Below are positions 29,584 through 37,907 of a stretch of 40,000 nt of DNA, one piece after another. Where the stretch lies: the sequence record MK250025.1; one strand, 5' to 3'. The position numbers were made by a program, and so were the translations under genes. Numbering within the stretch: position 1 is the first letter of the stretch; each line of letters opens with the position of its first letter. The notes beneath the pieces are model-generated. The model did no database searches, was not told the origin of the DNA, and saw nothing but the letters and a program-made list of their open reading frames with translations. The DNA is from Prevotella phage Lak-B6.

Positions 29584-30555
29584 TTACATATCATATTCAT
29601 GTTTTTTATCTAATTCAGAATCGATTATCTTATAGAAGTCATATATATATTGATTAAAGTAATCATTAAAGAAATTATATACGTTCTTTGCAATTTGCTT
29701 ATCTCTTCTTGTTAACTTATAATCGAGTTTCTTAATATTTTCAATGTATTCTTTATCAATACCAAAATTATTTATATTTAATTCCGTTAAATAATATCCT
29801 AAATAAAATACTGGTCTCATTTCATTTGGGTCCTCATCCATAAAATGGAATAAGAAAAAATAAAATAAATTATAATAACTAGTATTAATAAAATAATTTA
29901 TTAAACAACATATACGTTTAAATCCATGATTACCATAACAAATTAAATTTACGTCGTCTTGAGATAATTTATCAATATTTTCTTTAATATGTTTTTCTCT
30001 ATTTATTTTTTCTGAAGGTGATAGCAAAGAAATCATTCTTGTTATGAATAAAAATTCAGATGAAGATATATTTATATCATTTTTTAAGTTATGAACATAT
30101 GTTATACTATCTTCAATTTTAATTCTATTAGTCAAACAGAATTCCAAATAAAATAGTTGTGTTCTTAATTGATGTTCATATTTATTAATATCAGAACTTA
30201 CATAATGTAAGTTCAAAAATATAAACATTCCTTCATCATTTAATTTAATATCTGTAAATTGATAATCATCATCGTCATAATAATGAACATATATAGATAC
30301 TCCTCCACCATAAGGTGTAAGCATATTCATAAATTCATATACACTATCTGCACTTAATGGATATTCACGAGATAACTTAAGTTCTATTTCAAAATTATTT
30401 TCTATTGATTTTGTAATAGCTTCATGTGCAATATCCTTATGTAATTTAGCACATCTATCATAGAATTCTTTAATTGCTGTATATCTGTATGTTGGTATAA
30501 TATCTCTTATCTTATTTACAATATTCTTATTTAACATCTTTTTACTCAATGCCAT
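29584..30555 (-). CDS. Hypothetical protein
   Basis: 323 aa ORF. Confidence 0.7.
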   Translation of the reverse strand: MALSKKMLNKNIVNKIRDIIPTYRYTAIKEFYDRCAKLHKDIAHEAITKSIENNFEIELKLSREYPLSADSVYEFMNMLTPYGGGVSIYVHYYDDDDYQFTDIKLNDEGMFIFLNLHYVSSDINKYEHQLRTQLFYLEFCLTNRIKIEDSITYVHNLKNDINISSSEFLFITRMISLLSPSEKINREKHIKENIDKLSQDDVNLICYGNHGFKRICCLINYFINTSYYNLFYFFLFHFMDEDPNEMRPVFYLGYYLTELNINNFGIDKEYIENIKKLDYKLTRRDKQIAKNVYNFFNDYFNQYIYDFYKIIDSELDKKHEYDM

Positions 30556-30567
30556 TTAATATATTTA

Positions 30568-30786
30568 TTATTTATAACGATATGAAATACGACCCTTTGT
30601 AAGATCATATGGTGACATTTCAACTTTTACCTTATCCCCTGTAATAAGTTTAATATAATTCATTCTAAGTTTACCAGCAAGAACACAGTTAATTTCAAAT
30701 CCATTTTCAAGTTCAACCTTAAATCTTGTGCTAGGTAGACATTCGGTAATAACACCATTCATTTCCAATGCTTTTTCTTTCGCCAT
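30568..30786 (-). CDS. infA: Translation initiation factor IF-1
   Basis: 72 aa [72 protein letters not shown]; full-length S1-fold IF-1 with GK(M/L)R.NYI..L.GDKV.VE.(S/T)PYDL.KGRI. Confidence 0.96.
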   Translation of the reverse strand: MAKEKALEMNGVITECLPSTRFKVELENGFEINCVLAGKLRMNYIKLITGDKVKVEMSPYDLTKGRISYRYK

Positions 30787-30810
30787 TATTAAATTATTAG
30801 TTTTATAAAA

Positions 30811-31005
30811 TTATTCATATGAGACATAAACATTATGTGTTTTATATTCATCATTCTCATCGAACACGCATATATTTATCTTATATCCTGATATTTTCTT
30901 TATGAAAATATTCCATATATCTTTAAATGTTAATTCAACACCTTCTATATAAGGTCCTTTTTCTTGAATTCTTTTTTCTACAATTTTTTTATTTAATAAA
31001 TCCAT
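30811..31005 (-). CDS. Hypothetical small protein
   Basis: 64 aa ORF next to IF-1. Confidence 0.5.
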   Translation of the reverse strand: MDLLNKKIVEKRIQEKGPYIEGVELTFKDIWNIFIKKISGYKINICVFDENDEYKTHNVYVSYE

Positions 31006-31008
31006 AAT

Positions 31009-31167
31009 TTATCTAATTAACATTTCTTCAAATTCTAAATCAGTTGGATATACATTAACTGATAATAAATTTATTTGTTTTTTAATATTTCTTATTTCTA
31101 ATTTTAAATAATTAAAATCGGAAACTACTTTTTTAAAATTATTATTTTTATTTCTAAATTTAATCAT
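31009..31167 (-). CDS. Small coiled-coil-like protein (start corrected inward)
   Basis: MIKFRNKNNNFKKVVSDFNYLKLEIRNIKKQINLLSVNVYPTDLEFEEMLIR; avoids the long overlap with 31160..31384. Confidence 0.5.
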   Translation of the reverse strand: MIKFRNKNNNFKKVVSDFNYLKLEIRNIKKQINLLSVNVYPTDLEFEEMLIR

Positions 31168-31384
31168 TACAATATGACATGTGAATTGTTGGTGTATATG
31201 TTTTATATGTATATTGCGAACCTTTACTATGTTGATGATTATTAAATGTGTTAACCATATCATTTTGATGACATTCTAAATTCTTAAGGTGTTGTTCCAT
31301 TATAGATATAGAGTCTCTTAAAAATATAATTTTATCATTTAATGCTTTTATTTGAGTCTTCTTAGATTCTTTAAACTTAATCAT
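31160..31384 (-). CDS. Small coiled-coil protein (MIKF type)
   Basis: 74 aa MIKFKESKKTQIKALNDKIIFLRDSISIMEQHLKNL... Confidence 0.55.
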   Translation of the reverse strand: MIKFKESKKTQIKALNDKIIFLRDSISIMEQHLKNLECHQNDMVNTFNNHQHSKGSQYTYKTYTPTIHMSYCND

Positions 31385-31581
31385 TTTATTAATTGCATCG
31401 GTATATCAGTTTCAAATGTTTTACTATAACCATTATAACCTGTTTGAACATGTATATGATCATTAAATATTTTTGCATTTTCTTTCATTACATATTTAAT
31501 ATTATCTATATCATTTTTTGTATTTGCTTTTAGTGATCTTAATTCACTTTCCAGTTGCTGTATTCTATTACGTAATTCCAT
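31381..31581 (-). CDS. Small coiled-coil protein
   Basis: 66 aa MELRNRIQQLESELRSLKANTKNDIDNIKY... Confidence 0.5.
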   Translation of the reverse strand: MELRNRIQQLESELRSLKANTKNDIDNIKYVMKENAKIFNDHIHVQTGYNGYSKTFETDIPMQLIK

Positions 31582-31650
31582 ATTGTTCCAACCAAGTTCA
31601 TTAAGACGACAAGTAATATTACGTTTATTATAAGGTTTCTTTTTATTATA

Positions 31651-32154
31651 TTATCTTGTAATAGAAATATTCATATCATCAAATACATTTTGATCTGCAA
31701 GTAATATCCATCGTCCATTATCATTAATACAGCATCGCCCTATAATCATATTATCATTCATATAGATATAATAATAATTTTCACCGATACCCCTTGAACC
31801 ATATTGATGATTCCAATCTGTATTTTTAATAATATTATCTATATCAAATTGTTTCTTTACATTTTCATTAGTATTACCAAATATACAATACCAGTTATAA
31901 TCATCATATTTCTCATGTATCACTTCCAAATTATTTTCCTTAATAACTTTACATATTTCAGAAAAAAGTGTCTTAGAAACAAAATCTGATGCCTTATATG
32001 AAGGATATTTATTAACTAATATACCATCATTAAATGATTCAACAAATTTCTTCCAATTAACAGGATTTAAACAAACTTTTGCTTGTTCCTTTCTCTTATT
32101 TTTATTTGTTGATTCAAATAATATATTCATTGTATCTCTTATATTCTTATTCAT
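31651..32154 (-). CDS. Hypothetical protein with LFES leader
   Basis: 167 aa MNKNIRDTMNILFESTNKNKRKEQ... Confidence 0.7.
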   Translation of the reverse strand: MNKNIRDTMNILFESTNKNKRKEQAKVCLNPVNWKKFVESFNDGILVNKYPSYKASDFVSKTLFSEICKVIKENNLEVIHEKYDDYNWYCIFGNTNENVKKQFDIDNIIKNTDWNHQYGSRGIGENYYYIYMNDNMIIGRCCINDNGRWILLADQNVFDDMNISITR

Positions 32155-32243
32155 ATTTTTACCTTATTATAATTAACTATTATAATAATTAAAAATAAAA
32201 AAGTCTATAACCGTATAAAAGTTATAGACCTATATATAATATT

Positions 32244-33089
32244 TTACTTATCGTATAATTTTGAAAGTAATGTTAATACTGTAATACTTTTTGGACCATA
32301 AGATTCATTTAAAATTTCACATGCACGTTTAATAGTCTGACCTCTACTAATAGTATCATCAATTAAAAGTATATTTTGACCATTTATAATTTTAGAACAT
32401 CTTGCATACTTATCAGGTGTAATTTTTAAGGTGTCTAATAAAGTGTCTCTCATTAAATTATCAGTAACAAGATGACAAGAAAACATACCATTTCGTTCTT
32501 CATTCATTTTATCAAAATATAAATGTAACTGATCATATGCTTCATCAAATTCTTCTTTATATACTTTTCTAAAATAAGAATCCTTTCTCATTACAATTTC
32601 ATCAACCTCCTCTACTGTTAATTTACATATTACCCCTTCAATTAATTTTGCATCTTTACTTTTTGACATTACAATATCCGCAATATGCTTATTTAATGAA
32701 TTACCACTTGGTATAATAACAGTAACACCTATAGGATATAATTTCGCAAATTTTTCTGCAATTAAATCAAATTGTTTTTCTATTAATTCTTTATCTTTTT
32801 CTGATTTGAATTTCCAATCACGTTCACTTTTTAATGCATATATTAATGGATTTCCATCACCAGCAGTTCCTCTCTTTCTTTTAAATATAGACCATACATT
32901 AACATTAGGTACTAAGTTATTATCTAATGATGGATTATTATCAAATGATGTATCTACATTATTTTCATGTTCAGAATTATAAGAAACAAATTTATGAATT
33001 CGGTCTATATCTATTCCTTCTATTAATTGTTTACTATTATTAATTTCTTCAAATAATAATTTCATTACATCTTTTATATTTCTATTCAT
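32244..33089 (-). CDS. Phosphoribosyltransferase-domain protein with LFEE leader (start corrected)
   Basis: PRPP-binding-type ILLIDDTISRGQTIKRACEIL; N-terminus MNRNIKDVMKLLFEEINNSK aligns with the 31651..32154 protein. Confidence 0.78.
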   Translation of the reverse strand: MNRNIKDVMKLLFEEINNSKQLIEGIDIDRIHKFVSYNSEHENNVDTSFDNNPSLDNNLVPNVNVWSIFKRKRGTAGDGNPLIYALKSERDWKFKSEKDKELIEKQFDLIAEKFAKLYPIGVTVIIPSGNSLNKHIADIVMSKSKDAKLIEGVICKLTVEEVDEIVMRKDSYFRKVYKEEFDEAYDQLHLYFDKMNEERNGMFSCHLVTDNLMRDTLLDTLKITPDKYARCSKIINGQNILLIDDTISRGQTIKRACEILNESYGPKSITVLTLLSKLYDK

Positions 33090-33157
33090 TACTACAGTAT
33101 CATTTATTTTAAAAATATCCATAATTAAAATATTTAAATTATTTATATATAATGTAT

Positions 33158-33170
33158 TACAAAGATACAT
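33158..33170 (-). promoter_or_regulatory. Bacteroidetes-like -7 box
   Basis: TACAAAGATACAT upstream of 32244..33089. Confidence 0.6.
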
Positions 33171-33180
33171 ATATTTAATA

Positions 33181-33350
33181 AAATAAAAAAGTTTATAACA
33201 TGTAGTTGCAAATTTACCTGTAATTAAAAAAGATACAGGTTTACCACATATTTTACATGTTGGATGAATGTCAATATTATTATATATATGATATTTATCA
33301 ATAAAGGCAAATCTATTCCTTAGATTTGCCTTTATTCTGCTATTTAATAA
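33181..33350 (-). pseudogene. Zinc-finger fragment in frame after the polymerase stop, possible homing-endonuclease remnant
   Basis: In polymerase frame after TAA: LLNSRIKANLRNRFAFIDKYHIYNNIDIHPTCKICGKPVSFLITGKFATTCYKLF; CxxCGK...C. Confidence 0.4.
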
Positions 33351-34901
33351 TTATGTAATTTCTTTTCGTTTTTCAAGTATATGTTTTAATTTTTCATATT
33401 CTGTATTCGCTATTTTCTTATCCATTTTTGCTGCTTTACGCAATGCAAAATAATGTGTAAGAATCGCAGGAACAACAGCATTTGGATCTTTTTTATAAAC
33501 TGCACCAGAACATGTTTTAATCTCATCAGATTTTGGGATATAATTCTTATCTTTGAATAAGAATGATTCAGGAGAAATTTGAAATTGTCTCATTATAGAT
33601 GGATATAGTGACGCGAAATCTAATCCACCTATATATTTAAATATTCCTGGTCTAGTTGGCCACACAAAAGCTCCAACATATTGATTATCAGTTAGTTCTG
33701 TGTTTTTGTTAAATGGTTTTTCTGGTATCACCTTATAATTTGGGTACACAAAGTTACACATAACAACATGTGTTGGTTGAATTGTAGAGAATGCGACATT
33801 TAGTTCAAGCCTCAATTCACATGCGAGCATATACCAAATTTCAGCAGTCTTTAAGAATCTGTCTATATGTTCAACCAATATGGTATCGATGCAGTTATAG
33901 AAAACATATTCTTTGAAATGTTCTTCGAAGAATTCTTTGAATCCCCACGGGTGATTTACCTTCTTGATACCTAACGCTTTTTCTGCGACAAAATCAAGTG
34001 TATTATTTTCTTTTGGTTGGATAGTCATGTCCCATGTTTTATAAACCAATAAGTAGTCATAAATTATTTTATGCATAGGGACTTTCACATTGATTGTTTT
34101 ACCACCGGATCTTGGAGTAATCTTAAAGTTTGTGAATGTTCTTGTAGGAGAAATTCTTTCAATATCAATATTATTGATTTTACATCTATTATAGATATAT
34201 AACCAGTCGAATCCTAGAAAATTCCATCCAGACATTGCAGGAATTGGTTCGATGAATGTTATATAGTCTTCAAGCATTTCCCGTTCTGTTGGGAAAAATC
34301 TGAATTCGAATTTATATCCTTTTGTAATATCTGAACCATTGTTTTCATTTGAATACTTATCAATTTGTTCTTGAACCCATTGTTGTTCTTCTAAAGTTAA
34401 GTCTTTACGTGACCAAATGATAGTTCTAGGAAATTGAGTCATTGATATAGTATTGATACGAGTTGACGCTTCTTCTGGATCTGGAAATCCTTCATCTGAA
34501 ACTTCTGTCTCAATATCACACCACCATGTTGGAGGAATATTCATTTCAAACAGAGGATCAACTGCATGTCCAAATGAATTAAGAATTTCATTTATTCTTA
34601 ATTCAGGAAGTTTATCAACAGGATGTCTACGAACCCATTTATTATCATAAGACTTCCATTGGTGCATAACAGGTGAACCGTCTGGATTAAACTTATAACA
34701 TTTGTTTACAAAATCATATTCTTGAAATGGAGGATCTGCATTTTGTCTGTTTGTATATTTCCATTCGAACATTGATTCTTTAGGAACAGGATATTGAAGG
34801 AATTTAACTTGTCCTTGTTTATCTATATATGATACTATTAATTTCTTTGTCGGTGTGCCATCAGGCAATAAATAATCTACCTATTCTTTATTAATTATCA
34901 T
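33351..34901 (-). CDS. Family-B DNA polymerase, N-terminal exonuclease part through palm motif A only; 1 in-frame TAG at codon 7
   Basis: TAG=Q gives MIINKEQVDYLLPDGTPTKK...; exonuclease motif WCDIETE, GWNFLGFDWLYI, motif A GLDFASLYPSIMRQF, then a TAA stop before motifs B and C. Confidence 0.88.
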
Positions 34902-34932
34902 AAATGTATAATTATAATGATATATTTTCTGA

Positions 34933-35541
34933 TTAAATTATTTTAGATATTATCTTTAATTTAAGAGCTTCTTCTGAAGTAAGAATCCAATCTTTCTTTC
35001 TTGAATAATTATCCTCAAGTTCTTTTCTTGTTATTGCTGTTTCTTCAATGATTAATTTATATATCATTTCAGTAAGTCTCTTCGCTTCTTTAACATCATC
35101 TTCTAAATCTGCTGTTTTCCCGATTGCAACAGAAGATGCTTGATGAATTAAGAATGTTGTATTCTTGGTCGCGAATCTTTGTTCATAAGGAACAGAAAGA
35201 AGAATACAAATACCTGCAGACATACATGCGCCAGTTGCAGTGATATTTGTCTTGCAATGATTATTAAGCATTATTAACATATCATGAATTGCATAACCTT
35301 GATAACATGTTCCTCCATATGTGTCTAACCATACATTAACATCTGGTATTTTAATTTCTTCTTTTATATTATGACCGAAAAATTCTTTTAATGCTTTTTT
35401 ATTCTCATCAATTATATTATTATCCCCTGTAATTAAATTAGTTACCCATTTAATAATATCATCTGATGTTTTTTCATCAATATCTTCTGTAATATATAAA
35501 TTTCTCTTTGTTACATCAAATGTCTACAATTTATTTTCCAT
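34933..35541 (-). CDS. Second ClpP-like serine protease, 1 in-frame TAG at codon 6
   Basis: TAG=Q gives 202 aa MENKLQTFDVTKRNLYITEDIDEKTSDDIIKWVTNLITG...VNVWLDTYGGTCYQGYAIHDML...TGACMSAGI...TTFLIHQASS. Confidence 0.85.
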
Positions 35542-35686
35542 ATATTAAAATTTATTAAATATAATTTTAGTTTAAATATTATAGTGAGAAAATAGCGATT
35601 TGTTTATATATAAAAAAGAGATAATAGAATTAAAATAAACTCTATTATCTCTAAAAATATATTTTCATTATTATGAAAAAAGATTG

Positions 35687-36319
35687 TTATCTTCTACCAC
35701 CGAAATGTCCACCACCATTAAAATTACCAGGTCTTCCTTGAGTAACTCTTGTTGAACTTCTATTTGAACCAAATCCTTGTGGTCTTCTTTGTTGATTACC
35801 AAAATTAGGTCTACCATAATTCATTGGTGGACGTTGCATATTAGTTGGTTTATTAGGTCGCTGTCCATTTCCAAATGATGGTCTATTATTTGGTCTACCA
35901 TAATTCATTGGTGGACGATTTGGTTTCATAGGGGGATTTCTAAAATCATTTGGTCTACTAGGACGCATAGGTGGTTTTCTAAATTCATAACCTCGTGGTG
36001 CAGGCCTCATAAAATGCCTATAACCCGGTTGATAATGATATATAAATCCTCTTTGTCTCATATATGGAGATGGGTAAAAATACCAATAATTATTATACCT
36101 ATATGGATAATAATAGATTCCTCTATATAAGTAATAACTTAAAATATTATTTATATAATATGGTGTTCCATACATAACAACTGTAGAAAAATCTACTGTA
36201 GTTGAAACAGTTGTATATGTATCGTCATCATACTGTTGTGTAGATGCGAATGTTGTTGAACATGCTGAAAATGAAATAACAGCAAATAACATAATCAAAA
36301 AATATTTAATCTTTTTCAT
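35687..36319 (-). CDS. Secreted lipoprotein with Pro/Arg/Asn/Gly-rich low-complexity tail
   Basis: MKKIKYFLIMLFAVISFSACSTT (lipobox), C-terminal RPxxRPxxxRxPPM-like repeats. Confidence 0.75.
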   Translation of the reverse strand: MKKIKYFLIMLFAVISFSACSTTFASTQQYDDDTYTTVSTTVDFSTVVMYGTPYYINNILSYYLYRGIYYYPYRYNNYWYFYPSPYMRQRGFIYHYQPGYRHFMRPAPRGYEFRKPPMRPSRPNDFRNPPMKPNRPPMNYGRPNNRPSFGNGQRPNKPTNMQRPPMNYGRPNFGNQQRRPQGFGSNRSSTRVTQGRPGNFNGGGHFGGRR

Positions 36320-36403
36320 AATCAACACACTTTTTATTATTTATATGATTTAATACATAATTTCTCTACAGTAAATTCATATTTGTTAGTATGAAAATTC
36401 ATA

Positions 36404-36868
36404 TTACTTAATACCAAGATGTCTGTCTATCTCATCTTGCGTCTTTACATTATAAACCATTTCATTGATACCGAAATCTTCACTACCAAATACAATACCA
36501 TCTTCATCTACACTGTAATTAGAGACAGACTTCATATATTCAAGTTTCTTTTTATCTGATGGCATTGTTTTCGCTCTCTTATGATCATCAAAATATTGAT
36601 CTTTATAAAACATCCAATAATCAAGAATATCTTTATCTGATTGTTTTTTGATTGCATCAAATGCTTCATCTTTTGTTTTATATGGACCTCCAAGTTTCCA
36701 GCCCACACGATATGCATGAATTTCATCTTGTGTCATATCACCTGTATAAACATCTTCCATGTTAGAATACCATGTGAAGTATTCCTCTACATTCTTTGAT
36801 TCATTAACAGATGTTGAATTACTATTCATTACAGCATTGTAAAATTCATTCTTTTGCTTTGTATTCAT
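36404..36868 (-). CDS. Hypothetical protein
   Basis: 154 aa ORF with promoter box upstream. Confidence 0.65.
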   Translation of the reverse strand: MNTKQKNEFYNAVMNSNSTSVNESKNVEEYFTWYSNMEDVYTGDMTQDEIHAYRVGWKLGGPYKTKDEAFDAIKKQSDKDILDYWMFYKDQYFDDHKRAKTMPSDKKKLEYMKSVSNYSVDEDGIVFGSEDFGINEMVYNVKTQDEIDRHLGIK

Positions 36869-36901
36869 AATTTCAAATATTTTAATATGTTTAACTTACA
36901 A

Positions 36902-36914
36902 TACAAAGATACAT
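36902..36914 (-). promoter_or_regulatory. Bacteroidetes-like -7 box
   Basis: TACAAAGATACAT upstream of 36404..36868. Confidence 0.6.
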
Positions 36915-36935
36915 AAAATATTTGATATTAAAAAA

Positions 36936-37595
36936 TTATTGTATTGTAATATTATATGTCCAACCATCTTTATTATATATTATAGAGTCACTGGGAAAAT
37001 AAACTACTCCAGCGTTTGGTATATCATATGTTCTAGTTTGATATTTTGAGGACGATTCTCCTATATTCATTGTTAGACTTACTACAGTTTCAGAAGAAGT
37101 ATATCTTATAACCATATTTACAACAATAGTATTTCCTACTGGTGAATTATTTTTATAAAAATAATTTTTTACTAAATATGCACCATAAATCATTTTTGAA
37201 CTATTCTGCATATTATACACAAACATTATATCTGCTTTTCTTTCATACACAGTAACAGTTTGCTAAACTTGGAATAATATATTTCCATTATACTTAAAAG
37301 TAATAAGGCGTGAAGATGTTGTTTCTGAGATATTATAGTATATTGACCGACCTGTTGTTTTATCTTCATTACTAGCTGCGTCACTGACTCTCGCAGAGCA
37401 TCCAGATGTATCGCATGTTAATGAAAAAGTATCATTTCCTAATTTATTATTAAAATTACCATCAATATCCTATAAACCAAAAAATACCTATCTTGTTGGT
37501 AGAACACCAAAAGCACTTGTATCTAACATGCCACTTTTTGCATCCTAATTTATTTGCATAATATTTGTACCTGTATATTTCTAAAAAGTTGACAT
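36936..37595 (-). CDS. Hypothetical beta-rich, possibly structural protein, 5 in-frame TAGs
   Basis: TAG=Q gives 219 aa MSTFQKYTGTNIMQINQDAKSGMLDTSAFGVLPTRQVFFGLQDIDGNFNNKLGNDTFSLTCDTSGC...; includes the 104-aa ORF of the track. Confidence 0.75.
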
Positions 37596-37667
37596 AAAAT
37601 AAAAAGTATTTTTATATCTACACCCCAATATGAAATACTATAACTTATTTTACATAACTAATAAATA

Positions 37668-37883
37668 ATGAAAATTAATTATTCAGTCCAAATGAATTCT
37701 AAATAGATAGGAAAATTAATATATAATTTAGATTTGGGAAAATTCAATTATAAAACAAAATTATTTGAATCTAATAATAAAGATAATTGGTGGAGAAATG
37801 AAGAATCATATAATACAATAAAATATCATCCATTAAATTCAAATACAAATAATCTATTATATAAAGAAATAAGGTTATCATAA
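37668..37883 (+). CDS. Small plus-strand protein, 1 in-frame TAG
   Basis: TAG=Q gives 71 aa MKINYSVQMNSKQIGKLIYNLDLGKFNYKTKLFESNNKDNWWRNEESYNTIKYHPLNSNTNNLLYKEIRLS. Confidence 0.45.
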
Positions 37884-37900
37884 ATACTGATAACCTTATT
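37868..37900. terminator. Bidirectional hairpin terminator between convergent genes
   Basis: 13-bp perfect arms AATAAGGTTATCA / TGATAACCTTATT, 7-nt loop, then TTTATATTTA on the plus strand. Confidence 0.75.
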
Positions 37901-37907
37901 TTTATAT

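Noticed and set aside
33300-33336. Perfect 15-bp hairpin as terminator of the polymerase gene
   Set aside because: Strong stem, but no T-tract follows on the minus strand, so I do not call it an intrinsic terminator.
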